The notes below the pieces were generated by a model. The model was given only the letters and a program-made list of their open reading frames with translations, was not told where the DNA came from and searched no databases. The position numbers were made by a program, and so were the translations under genes. Below are positions 18,760 through 28,397 of a stretch of DNA of 64,000 nt, piece by piece. The stretch comes from Candidatus Sumerlaeia bacterium (GTDB taxonomy: Bacteria > Sumerlaeota > Sumerlaeia > SLMS01): assembly GCA_038208905.1 (NCBI GenBank), contig JBBQYG010000001.1:21727-85726 (forward strand). The letters run 5' to 3'. The stretch's first letter is position 1. Each line of letters begins with the position of its first letter.

Positions 18760-21700
18760 TTAGTCCTTCACGACGTTACCGGTGAGGAAGATGAGGAGCG
18801 TAATCTTGTCCTCGGTGTTCTGGGTCCGGTTGAATAGGTACTTGCCGATGAAGGGAATGTCGCGGAGAATCGGGACGCCGGACTCGAGGTCCTGCGTGCG
18901 CTCCGACCGCCATCCACCGAGGACCACCGTGCCGCCGTCCTTGATGCGGGCCCTGGTGGTCAGTTCCTTGCGGATGCGGCCCACGTCGGCGAAGCGGCTG
19001 GCCTGGGGAAGCGTGGTGGCGGGAGCGAGTGCCGACACCGCAGAGGGATCAAGGGTGACGATCTGACCGATGTTCTGATCGATGTCCTCCATATTCACGT
19101 CGATATCCAGCGTGATGTTGCCCGCGCGGGTGACGTTGGGGGTGATCGAGAGATCGACAGGCGTCAGGCCCGTGACCAAGCTGAGCTGCTGGTTGCCGCC
19201 GCCGGTCGCGCCGCCACCAGTTGCTCCCTCGATGGGGCGGGGCGAGCCGAACGAGCGCTCGACGATGAAGTCGGCGGTTTCGGTATTCAGCACCGTGACG
19301 CGGGGTCCGTTGACGACGTTGATGATTCCCTGGGCCTCGAGCACGCGAAGCGTGAACGAGATGGGGGAGCTGCCGTTGCTGACCAGGTAGTTGAAGACGG
19401 TCGAGCCCTTGAGGAGGTTTGCGGCCTCGTTCCCCTCGACGGGGGCCTCGAAGGGGCTGCGGAACTCGTCGCGGTCCTGAGCGAATCGCGAACCGAGAAG
19501 AGAATCCGAGAGATCGAAGCCATCGGTCAGGTTGCCGATCGTGAACTCCGGCTTGATTTCCTTGGCCTTGTTGCTGGCCACCTCGACGAACTTGATCTCG
19601 ATATCGACCTGAAGCGTCGGGATGTCCAGCGTGCGGACCCAGAACTCCACGCGGCGGAGCTCTTCGATGCTGTCGTACTCGACGAAGATGGCGTTCAGGT
19701 TCTCGATCTCGACGATGGTGAGGCCGGTTTCGGCGCGAACCTGATCGCGCTGGGCCTCGACGTCGGCCTGAGCCTGATCCTGCACTTGGGTGTCGCCGCC
19801 GCCGGTGTTTCCGCCGGGGACGAAGCGGATGGTCAAACGGACTCGGCCTTCGCCGGGCGTGTTGGAGGGCTTGATGTCATCGGCGACGATCTCGAAGTCC
19901 TCGACGAATTGCGAGCGGAACTCCTCGATGGTGACATCCTGGCTGGTGGTGCCGGTGCGGACGACCATCTCCACGCTGTCGTCGTTATCGTCCACGGTGT
20001 CATTCTCGTTCACGCGCGTAACCCGGAAGTTGCCGCCGTTGAAGTCGAAGTCGTCCTGGACGCCAAGCGTCTGATTGACCTCGGTGCCGCTGGACGCGCT
20101 GGAATCCGCGCTGGCGCTGATTCCGAGGAAGGACTCGATCTGGCCGGCCAGATCGGCGGCATTGGCGTGATCGAGGAAGATGATCTTGCTGCGCCGACGC
20201 GCATCGATCTGGGGAAGGTTCTCGATGAAGTTCTGCACCGTGGCGATGCGGTCGGCCGTGTCGGTGATGGTGAGCTGGAGGGAGGCCGGGTCGTACCAGA
20301 GGCGACGGCCCTCGGCCTCCGCCTTGCTGTAGCCGTCCTGCGAGTAGAGGAGCGTCTCGACGACCGAGCGCACCTGATCCGCGAAGGCGCGGGCAAGGTC
20401 GGGGTTGTCGGCGAACTGGGTGATCGGCGTCAGGTTGAAGGTGGCGATGGTGAGCTCATTGCTGTAGAACTTGGCGAGGAAGTTCTGGTCCTGCAGGATA
20501 TTGCGGACCTTCTGAACGTTGTCGGCGGTGTCCTTGATGATAAGGGTGCTGCCCTCGATGATGAGCTTGCGCTCGGGGTTGAAGGGCTGGAGGTCGTCGG
20601 CGACGAGGAGGGCGGAGAGGAGCGCCTTGATCTCGGGGGCCTTGGACTCGTCGATCTCGTAGCTATCGAAGATGAGCTGCGTGCGCTGCTGGCCGCGCAG
20701 GCTCTCCTGAATCTTGCGGATCTTGGAGATGTTGGCCTCGGAATCCGTGACGATCAGCAGGTTGCGGGCGGTATCGAGGAGGATCTCCTGGCCGAGGAGG
20801 CTGGGAACGCCCTTCTCACCGTAAAGCAGGCGCGGAAGCGTGCCGCCCTCGATGAGGGACTCGATGGTGGATATCTGGTCGGGAGCGAGGCGGAAGACCT
20901 CGGTGCGCAGGTCGGGTTCGATGATAACGATGCTCTTGCCCGGTTCGCGGCGCCAGCGGAGGCCGATGGGAAGCAGCGCGGAATCGAGCACCTCGTGCAG
21001 GGCCACGTCTTCCCAGGCGCCCTCGATCTTGGCATTCACTTCGCCGACGATGGAAAAGTCGATGCCCGAGAGCACGCGCAGGTTCTGGAGGAAATCCGCG
21101 AGGGACATGGCGCCGATGGTCCGCAGGGGAATCGGCGTGTTCATCTTCTCGACGGCGTCGGCCTCACTCTGCTCAAGGTTCCGCTTTGCGGCCTCGTTGG
21201 CCTGGAGGGCGTTGTACTCGGCTTCCGTGCCGGCGAGGTAGGAATCGGGCTTGAGGAACGAAGGATCGAGGTCCTTGGCATCCAGCCAGCGCTGACGGGC
21301 GCGGGCGAGTTCACCCTTCTTGTAGAGGGAAACGCCCTCGTCATAGGCCATCTCGGCCTGACGGGTGCGCTCCTTGGAGAGGCGTTCGACATCGGCCTTG
21401 GCCGCGGCTTCCTGTGCCTTGACGGCGGCATCGGCCTTGGCAACCGCGGCTGCGGGAGTGGGGGCGGTCGCTTCGACAGGGGGAACCGGGGTGGGGGCCG
21501 GTGTGAACTGGGCGGCGGGGGCGTTGGCAAAGGGGCTGTCGGGGACGCCGGGCGCGGGGGCAGGCGTGGGCGCCGGAGCGGAAGCGAAGGGGCTGTCGGG
21601 AACGGTCGCGGCGGCAGCCGACACGGGGCGTTCGATGACGACAGGAGGCGCGGGAGTGGGAGCAGGCGTCGGGGCGGGCGTGGGCTTGGGAGCCTCGGCC

Positions 21701-23022
21701 ACCACGGCGGTCTTCTTGACGGCCTCGGCGGCCGCCTTCTTGTCGTCTTCTGCCTTCTTGGCGGCAGCGGCGAGGGCCTTCTTCTCTTCTCCGGCCTTCT
21801 TGACTGCGGCCGCGTCGGCGATCTTCTTGTCCTCCGCAGCCTTCTTCGCGGCAGCGGCTTCGCCGACCTTCTTATCGTCCTCGTCCTTCTTTGCGAGAGC
21901 GGCTGCCTTCTTGTCGTCTTCCGCCTTCTTCGCCGCAGCGGCCTTCTTATCGGCGTCCACGGACTTCATGGCGGAGGAGCTTGCTGCTCCCAGCGACTTG
22001 TTGGCCGACTCGAGGCCCTTCTTGGCCTTGGAGTTTGTGGGCGCGGAGGCGAGCACGGCCGCGTAGGCCTTGGCGGCGCCATCGTAGTTCTTCGCCTTAA
22101 GCAGGCGATCGGCGGCGGCGAGGTCCTCCCCGAGCTTCCGCTCCTGAGAGGCGGCGACGAACTTCTTCTCCTCGGAGCCAATCTTGGCGAGGAGGGAAGT
22201 GGCGGGCTTGTTCTGCTTATCGAGCGCGAAAACGCGGCCGACGGTCTGGCGGGACTTGTCGAACTGGTTGGCCTTGAGTTCCGCGCTGGCGGTCTTCAGG
22301 AGGCCATCGATCGCGGTCTTGTTCTTGGCGGCGTTGAAGGCGGATTCCTCTTTGGCAATCCGGGCGGAGAGCTTATCGAGGTCATTCTTGAAGAGCCCCT
22401 TGGCGGTCTCGCGCGCGGCGGCCTCGTTCCGGCGGGCCTCGTCGAAACGCTTCTCCTTGGAGGCGCGTTCGGCGGCCTTGATCCGGTCGCCCACAGCCTT
22501 CTCGAGGGATTCTTCGAGGCCCTTGGTGCGCTCCTTCTCGATGCGCTCGCGAAGGCTCTTGGCGCGTGAGTTGGCCGGGTCGAGTTCCAGTGCCTTGGTG
22601 ACCTCGACGGCGGCTTCGTCATAGCGGCCTGCATTGCGGCGGTCGTCCGCGGAACGCAGGATGCTGGACACTCGCTCTGCGCGGGCGCTGGCGACGGCGG
22701 CTTGCTCGGCCGCGGCGATATCCTTGGCGAGCTGGTCGAGACCGGGCGCCTTGGGATCGGCGGCGCGCGCCCTCTCGAGGAACTCGCGGGCGGCGGAAAA
22801 CTGCTCCTTCTTCAACTCGGCGCGAGCCGACTTGAGGAGCTGTTCCGCCTGAGCGGTGCCATTGGTTTTCTTGGCATCGGTCTGGCTGGACTTGGATGCG
22901 GTGTCGTTGGGGGCCGATTGGATCGCCACCGGTGCCAGCATGAGGCTGGCAGCCAGAGTGGCTTGGATAGCCACGCCTCCGGTTAGCTTTCGTAGGCAAC
23001 GCCTGCTGCTCTGCCGATTCAT
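18760..23022 (-). CDS. Very large outer-membrane secretin (PilQ/GspD family) with N-terminal TPR-like and Ala/Lys/Pro-rich regions
   Basis: Signal peptide and helical TPR-like repeats ('ALELDPANSRA'). Secretin C-domain 'QVDIEIKFVEV...PRVTVLN...GGTVVLGG...GVPILRDIPFIGKYLF...LLIFLT'. Confidence 0.85.
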   Translation of the reverse strand: MNRQSSRRCLRKLTGGVAIQATLAASLMLAPVAIQSAPNDTASKSSQTDAKKTNGTAQAEQLLKSARAELKKEQFSAAREFLERARAADPKAPGLDQLAKDIAAAEQAAVASARAERVSSILRSADDRRNAGRYDEAAVEVTKALELDPANSRAKSLRERIEKERTKGLEESLEKAVGDRIKAAERASKEKRFDEARRNEAAARETAKGLFKNDLDKLSARIAKEESAFNAAKNKTAIDGLLKTASAELKANQFDKSRQTVGRVFALDKQNKPATSLLAKIGSEEKKFVAASQERKLGEDLAAADRLLKAKNYDGAAKAYAAVLASAPTNSKAKKGLESANKSLGAASSSAMKSVDADKKAAAAKKAEDDKKAAALAKKDEDDKKVGEAAAAKKAAEDKKIADAAAVKKAGEEKKALAAAAKKAEDDKKAAAEAVKKTAVVAEAPKPTPAPTPAPTPAPPVVIERPVSAAAATVPDSPFASAPAPTPAPAPGVPDSPFANAPAAQFTPAPTPVPPVEATAPTPAAAVAKADAAVKAQEAAAKADVERLSKERTRQAEMAYDEGVSLYKKGELARARQRWLDAKDLDPSFLKPDSYLAGTEAEYNALQANEAAKRNLEQSEADAVEKMNTPIPLRTIGAMSLADFLQNLRVLSGIDFSIVGEVNAKIEGAWEDVALHEVLDSALLPIGLRWRREPGKSIVIIEPDLRTEVFRLAPDQISTIESLIEGGTLPRLLYGEKGVPSLLGQEILLDTARNLLIVTDSEANISKIRKIQESLRGQQRTQLIFDSYEIDESKAPEIKALLSALLVADDLQPFNPERKLIIEGSTLIIKDTADNVQKVRNILQDQNFLAKFYSNELTIATFNLTPITQFADNPDLARAFADQVRSVVETLLYSQDGYSKAEAEGRRLWYDPASLQLTITDTADRIATVQNFIENLPQIDARRRSKIIFLDHANAADLAGQIESFLGISASADSSASSGTEVNQTLGVQDDFDFNGGNFRVTRVNENDTVDDNDDSVEMVVRTGTTSQDVTIEEFRSQFVEDFEIVADDIKPSNTPGEGRVRLTIRFVPGGNTGGGDTQVQDQAQADVEAQRDQVRAETGLTIVEIENLNAIFVEYDSIEELRRVEFWVRTLDIPTLQVDIEIKFVEVASNKAKEIKPEFTIGNLTDGFDLSDSLLGSRFAQDRDEFRSPFEAPVEGNEAANLLKGSTVFNYLVSNGSSPISFTLRVLEAQGIINVVNGPRVTVLNTETADFIVERSFGSPRPIEGATGGGATGGGNQQLSLVTGLTPVDLSITPNVTRAGNITLDIDVNMEDIDQNIGQIVTLDPSAVSALAPATTLPQASRFADVGRIRKELTTRARIKDGGTVVLGGWRSERTQDLESGVPILRDIPFIGKYLFNRTQNTEDKITLLIFLTGNVVKD

Positions 23023-23187
23023 AGGCCTCGTGCATCTCCTTGGTTTTCCACTACCAAGACAACCTTACTCGTCTCCGGGGGCTTCAATCCACCCGGCAAC
23101 CGAAAAGGTGTCAAGGAAACAGATGGGCTCTTTTCGCGGTCCATCATCATCGCTGCAATCCTGTGGTGCACTCCGAAATGCTGTAAA

Positions 23188-23730
23188 TCATGGGGTTGGC
23201 GCCACCGGTTGATCCGGCACGGGAGTCGGGGCGGTAATGGCGGCAATCTGGTTCTGTAGGTCCAGCGCCTCCCGGTGGGACGGATCACGATCCAGAATCC
23301 CGTTCACCACCCGCAGGGCATCGGTATACCGCTTCTCCTTGAAGAAGGACTCCGCATTGCGGTATTCCTTGTTTAACTCCTCGCGGGCGGCGCCTTCCTC
23401 GGTGGTGGACTTGCGGTCGAACATGTTGGGGCGGATCAGCTTCACCGCCTTGGTGTCCTTGGTGATGTCGGTCTGGGTGGAGATCAACTTCCCCTCCACG
23501 GCCATGATCGCATCGCGGTAGACGGGGACCACCTTGTCCTTCATCCGCTCGGAGGGAAGCAGGATCGTGAATTCCTTGGGTGTGGGATTGGGCTGCTCTG
23601 GTGGCGTGAAGTTGCTTTCGTTCAGCAGCATGTAGCCCGCGAGGCAGAGCAGCCCAACCAGAACCCCGGTCGCCACCAAGTCGGCGCGCTTTTGGAGTTT
23701 CTCGAGGATTTCCTTCACCTGGTCGTTCAT
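23188..23730 (-). CDS. Bitopic membrane protein with C-terminal TPR-like hairpin, in the pilMN-secretin operon
   Basis: One N-terminal TM, then 'YTDALRVVNGILDRDPSHREA'. Lies between pilMN and the secretin. Confidence 0.65.
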   Translation of the reverse strand: MNDQVKEILEKLQKRADLVATGVLVGLLCLAGYMLLNESNFTPPEQPNPTPKEFTILLPSERMKDKVVPVYRDAIMAVEGKLISTQTDITKDTKAVKLIRPNMFDRKSTTEEGAAREELNKEYRNAESFFKEKRYTDALRVVNGILDRDPSHREALDLQNQIAAITAPTPVPDQPVAPTP

Positions 23731-23772
23731 CGCGGCATCACCTTGGCGTGTTACCAAATTCCTGCTTTCCTG

Positions 23773-25719
23773 CTACTGGCGGCGGCGCGATCCGCCCGCT
23801 GGGGGGCCGGGGCGGCGCGGAACCGTCGGATCGCCTTCGAAACCTGTGAATCCTCCACCGGGCTGCGTGCCCGCCCTTGCGGTGGGAACCGGCGTGGGGG
23901 TGATCTTGAGGTGGTTGACCTTGTCGATCATCTTGGTCTTGATCGTGAACCGCTGGACTCCCAGCGGCGAACTGCCCGCGGGGCCCGCAAGGCTCACGAT
24001 GTCGTCGATCTCGGGATCGATCAGCGTCCGGCCCTTGAGCTTTTCCTTGATCGCGGAGTTGAACGTCGCGGCGTCAACCGACTGCTCGCTCTGGGCGACC
24101 ACCGTCAGCGAGCCATCGTGGCCTGTCTCGATGTCCACGATGGTGATTCCCGGCGGGCGGGCCTCGGCGAGCAGCGTCAGCACATCGATCCAATAGTCCC
24201 GCTGGCCAACGGCCTTGTTGAGGCCCAGGAACTTGTCGGCGATGTCCTGCTGCTCAGCCTGGGCATCGGTGAAGCGCTTGGACTGGGCGAAGTTCTTGAG
24301 GTACTCGCCCTCCAGCGACGAGGCCGCTGCGCCATATTTGACGGAGTAGTCGTTGCCTGCCTGGGAGGCGAAGAACACCGTGCCACCCACCACCGCAGCC
24401 ATGACCGCGGCCACCCGATAGGGGAAGTCGCGGGTGATCTTGCGCTCCTCTGGCAGGAAGTCCACGCGGCAACTGCCGATGCCCATGCCCTGCAGCGCGA
24501 GGCCGATGGCGGGGAGGAACGTTGTGATGGCGCCGAGCGTGTCGGGCCAGCGCAGGGGGCTATCCGCGGGGAGTTGGTTGGCGATGGAGACGTTCATCGT
24601 CAGCTTTTCCTCGAGGTAGGTGTCGATGCCCTTCATCTGGGCCAGGCCGCCGCCCAGAATCACGGAGTCGATCGCCATGCCGTCGGGCTGGGTGATGTAG
24701 AAGTCGAGGGAACGGCGGATTTCCGTCACGATGCGGTCGGCGACTTCGGTCGCCGCGGCGGAGGCGTCCTCGTTGAGTTGGCCCTCGGATTCGAAATCGA
24801 AATTGTAGGACATCAACTGGGTGGAGGTGGTCTTGATCCGCTCGGCGTCGTGGAAGCTCTCCACGGAGCAGCGCCGCTGGATCGCCTTGGTCATCTCGTT
24901 GCCGCCCAGGGGGATCGTGCGGTTGAAGAGGACCATTTCCCCCACGCGCCCGCGGCCCACGGCGAGGTCCATCGTCGTGGCGCCAAGGTTGATGTAGCCC
25001 CTGACTTCCTCGTAAGCGAACTCCGCCGGGGCTTCCTCTTCCGGCGCCGCCTCGGGTTCGGGCTCGGGGGCTGCCTTGCCCTTCTTGCCAAACTTTGGAA
25101 TCTGGAAGCCAGCGCCCTTGGCCTTTGCCTTGGGACCGGCGGCTTTTCCCCCGTGGGAGAGCGCGTCGAACAGCTTGGCGGCCTTGGCCTCGTCCATTCC
25201 CACGAATTCAAGCGCGTTGAACACGGCGAAGGACGAGACCCCGATGGCGATGGGCGTCAGGCCGGTCTTCGCGGCGAGCGCCATGAAGTCACGAACCTCG
25301 TCGATTCGGACGGCGGCGAGGAGGACTTCGACTTCGCCCTCGTCGGCTAGTTCGCGGTGCTGATACTGGAGGATCGTCTTGTCGAGCGGGAAGGGGATCT
25401 GCTGGCGCGCCTCGTACTGGATGATGCGGGCCAGGCGCTCGTCGGAAGTCTTGGGTAGGCGGAAACGCCGGGTGAAAATCTTCTGTCCAGAGATAGTGAA
25501 GATCGCCTTGCGGCTGGAAAAGCGCCCCTTTTTCAGCACTTCGCGGGCAGTCATCGCGATGGCCTGACGAACCTCGTCGTCGGCCATGCCGGGGGTTGCC
25601 CCCGTTGGCGCCGATTCGGCACGGAGGACGCGAACGCCTTTCTTGTCGAGCGCCAATTCGACGATCTTGACCGTGTTGAAGCCAAGATCGACGCCGAGGC
25701 ATTGCTTTAGCAGGGGCAT
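23773..25719 (-). CDS. pilM: Type IV pilus assembly PilM-PilN fusion
   Basis: Actin-like 'LGVDLGFNTVKIVEL', 'EARQQIPFPL', 'EIRRSLDFY', 'AIGLALQG'. Then a PilN-type 'VDFLP' motif, a TM helix, a coiled coil and 'PPGITIVDI'. Confidence 0.85.
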   Translation of the reverse strand: MPLLKQCLGVDLGFNTVKIVELALDKKGVRVLRAESAPTGATPGMADDEVRQAIAMTAREVLKKGRFSSRKAIFTISGQKIFTRRFRLPKTSDERLARIIQYEARQQIPFPLDKTILQYQHRELADEGEVEVLLAAVRIDEVRDFMALAAKTGLTPIAIGVSSFAVFNALEFVGMDEAKAAKLFDALSHGGKAAGPKAKAKGAGFQIPKFGKKGKAAPEPEPEAAPEEEAPAEFAYEEVRGYINLGATTMDLAVGRGRVGEMVLFNRTIPLGGNEMTKAIQRRCSVESFHDAERIKTTSTQLMSYNFDFESEGQLNEDASAAATEVADRIVTEIRRSLDFYITQPDGMAIDSVILGGGLAQMKGIDTYLEEKLTMNVSIANQLPADSPLRWPDTLGAITTFLPAIGLALQGMGIGSCRVDFLPEERKITRDFPYRVAAVMAAVVGGTVFFASQAGNDYSVKYGAAASSLEGEYLKNFAQSKRFTDAQAEQQDIADKFLGLNKAVGQRDYWIDVLTLLAEARPPGITIVDIETGHDGSLTVVAQSEQSVDAATFNSAIKEKLKGRTLIDPEIDDIVSLAGPAGSSPLGVQRFTIKTKMIDKVNHLKITPTPVPTARAGTQPGGGFTGFEGDPTVPRRPGPPAGGSRRRQ

Positions 25720-25985
25720 GTGATGCTAAAGTTTCCTTCCTTGGGGTCGCCGAGCGGTACAACAAGCTTGATGGGCCGGGCTGCTGAATCCCGGGCCCCC
25801 ATGACGGCGCGATTCGCGCTCGCACCAGCAACTGACGACTAGCGCTTGCAAGGGCAACGTCAATCTCTCCCCCGGCGGGGCATGGCAGGAGAATGGGCGG
25901 ACCGGATGGCGGGTGTCCCGCAATGGTCCCCGCAGACTCCGGGGCTCCAACTTTGCCGCCATTGCAGAGTGGGGTGGTGCAAGGG

Positions 25986-28112
25986 TCAACGTGATTCCTC
26001 CGACCCCGCGACAAACTCCGCCATCGAGGTGGGAAGTTCGAGCGCGGCGACGACGCGCTCCACCGCCAGCAGCCGCATCGCGTGGTTGACGGGAAGGCCG
26101 CGGCACTCCTCCGGGAGCAGGTCGCCGGGCCCGGCGGATAGCGTCCGGATTGGCGGTGGCTCCTCGCCCTCCAGCCTCGGCAGCGGCCCCCAGCGATGCT
26201 GACCCGTCATGCCGAAAAGCACCATCGCTGGCGCACCAACCGCCTGGGCCAGATGGGCGGGACCCGAGTCGCACCCAACAAAGAAGAGCGCACCCGCAAG
26301 TAACGCCGCCAACTCGTCCGAATCCAACGCGCCATGCAGGCTGTGGCACCACGGGCGCTTGCGCAGCGGACCGGCCAGCGCCATGCGTCCCTCTCGCGAG
26401 CCGACAAGCAGCACCGGGAAGCCGCGAGCATGCAGCTCGTCGGCCAGTCCCAGAAAACTTGCGAGGGGCCAGAACTTGTCCCGGCTGTCGGCCTCCACAT
26501 GGAGCACGGCGTAGGTCCCGGGGTCCGCACCGGCGCGCTCCAGTAAACGCGTGCGGCGTTCGAGGGCAGGGGCGCTCGGCAGGACGCGCGGGCGTTCCAG
26601 CCGGGCGGCGATCCCGAAGGGCGCCAGCAGGTCGAGGATCGCGGCGACCTCGGGCTTTTCCATGCTCTTGGCCACCGGTGCGGCCAGCAGGTCGCCCCAC
26701 ACCTGCTCCTTCAGGCCGTTATCCCCCCGCCAGCCGACGACCGGCGCGCCGGCCTGCAGGAACAAGGGCGCCGGGGAAATTCCGTGGCAATATGCCAGCA
26801 GGACGACATCGGGCACGATGCAATCCAGGAACCGGGCGAATTGCCATGCGGCCCGGGGAGATCGCCCTCTCGCCGCATCGGGAACCTCGCGAACGCGCAC
26901 GTTTTCGGGCACGTTTGCCCTCAACACCGGCGCCGAGACGGGGCCCGCCAGGAGGTCAATCCGCGTCCCGGGAAAAGCCAAAGCCAACTGCCCCACCATC
27001 GGGAGCGCCAGCACGGCGTCACCCAGCATATCGTGCAGCACCACTTGGATCCGGGCCGGGCTCTCACCCGCTTGGGGAATGGCGCGGTCACCCCGCGAGG
27101 CGTGGTGGGCGGCGGCGATTCCGGGGCGGATGGCCTGCTTGGCGGCGGAAGCGAGCGCTCGCGCGCCCTCCCCCAGCAGCATCCCAACTCGGTCCATCGG
27201 CGAGATGCGGGTGTCGGGGTCGTCCAGCGCGTATTCGAGGAAGGCCCACTGGCGCCGCGCCCAAACCGTCCGGCTTTCCCACGACTGACTCAGTGGGATC
27301 CCGCGGCGATAGGTGTCCTCCAGCGCACCGAATGGCGCGAAGGCGATATCTCGCGCGGCGGGGCGGATTTCCTCCACCAGGCGCTCGCGATTCCAGAAGC
27401 CCCGTCCGTCCTGACGGGCGCGCTCCCGGGCGCGGTCGCGGTTGATGCGGTTCAGCGGCAGGTGGTGCCAGACGAGGGCCGTGGGCTCGACGCCGACCGG
27501 GAGCCCCGCGCGGCGGAGCTCTCTCCAGAACTGGGAATCCTCGCGGCTGTACTCGTAGTTCCACGTGAGGGAAGACTTGTCGGAGGTGATTTCGCGGAAG
27601 GGAAAGTCCGCGGCCAGGCGACGCTCGAAGATCAGGTTGGAGGTCGTGGGAATATCCAGCCGTCCGCCGAGCTTTCCGAAGAACGTGGGCGTGCTGCACC
27701 CGATGGTCCATGCGAGTTCGGGGGAGTACCAGTTGGGCGAGAGCATCTCCGCCGCGGGAAGGACAGCTCCACCGGCGGCCACCCATTGGTTGCGATCGAG
27801 GGCGGCGAGCAGGCGCTCCAGCCAGAACCGGTCAACCTCGCAATCATCGTCGATGAAGGCCACCAGCTCCGAGGTAGCCGCCGCGACGCCGGCGTTGCGG
27901 CACTCGGTGAAGGTGCCCTCGGGCCCGGGGATCACGCGGTGGGGAAAGGCGAAGCGCGCGGAGGCGAGATACTGCTCCGTGTCGTCGGTGGACTGATTGT
28001 TGACGATCACCACCTCAGCCGGAAGGGCGGTCCCCGACCCCAGCGCGCCCAGTGCCTGGGCCAGCAGCGCCCGCCGGTTGGCGGTCATGATGACGACGGA
28101 GACAGACCTCAT
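25986..28112 (-). CDS. Bifunctional GT2 + GT9 (heptosyltransferase-like) glycosyltransferase
   Basis: N-terminal 'VSVVIMTANR...RNAGV...FIDDD...EDSQF'. C-terminal 'LGDAVLALP...KFWP...GCDSGPAHLAQAVG'. Confidence 0.85.
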   Translation of the reverse strand: MRSVSVVIMTANRRALLAQALGALGSGTALPAEVVIVNNQSTDDTEQYLASARFAFPHRVIPGPEGTFTECRNAGVAAATSELVAFIDDDCEVDRFWLERLLAALDRNQWVAAGGAVLPAAEMLSPNWYSPELAWTIGCSTPTFFGKLGGRLDIPTTSNLIFERRLAADFPFREITSDKSSLTWNYEYSREDSQFWRELRRAGLPVGVEPTALVWHHLPLNRINRDRARERARQDGRGFWNRERLVEEIRPAARDIAFAPFGALEDTYRRGIPLSQSWESRTVWARRQWAFLEYALDDPDTRISPMDRVGMLLGEGARALASAAKQAIRPGIAAAHHASRGDRAIPQAGESPARIQVVLHDMLGDAVLALPMVGQLALAFPGTRIDLLAGPVSAPVLRANVPENVRVREVPDAARGRSPRAAWQFARFLDCIVPDVVLLAYCHGISPAPLFLQAGAPVVGWRGDNGLKEQVWGDLLAAPVAKSMEKPEVAAILDLLAPFGIAARLERPRVLPSAPALERRTRLLERAGADPGTYAVLHVEADSRDKFWPLASFLGLADELHARGFPVLLVGSREGRMALAGPLRKRPWCHSLHGALDSDELAALLAGALFFVGCDSGPAHLAQAVGAPAMVLFGMTGQHRWGPLPRLEGEEPPPIRTLSAGPGDLLPEECRGLPVNHAMRLLAVERVVAALELPTSMAEFVAGSEESR

Positions 28113-28194
28113 GGCGGGAGCATGGACCCGGGGCCCGCGAAGGGGAAGCGGAATCGCGGCGCCCGGGCGGCGCGGGGGATGCGGGAAGTGCGCC

Positions 28195-28300
28195 TACCAC
28201 GAATGGACACTGATAGGCACGAATTCTCCCCGCCTGAACCCGATAGAGACCATGCCGCGTGCTCGCTTCCATTTGCGTTGATTTGTGTCCATTCGTGGTA
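28195..28300. repeat. ~106-bp REP/MITE-like element, copy 1
   Basis: Perfect 16-bp terminal inverted repeat taccacgaatggacac / gtgtccattcgtggta. Homologous to 42940-43048. Confidence 0.8.
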
Positions 28301-28397
28301 ACCTCCTCCCTGGCGGCATGGAGGCTTGACGGTCAGGCTCGCGGCTCCTTCACTGGGGGCCTGAAGCAAACCCGCCCCCTGCGAGAACCGACGCGCC

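Noticed and set aside
19786-22569. 927-aa plus-strand ORF and other long antisense ORFs (e.g. 61286-63613, 6156-8180, 4247-5953)
   Set aside because: Shadow frames of well-supported genes in high-GC DNA, with no recognisable motifs.
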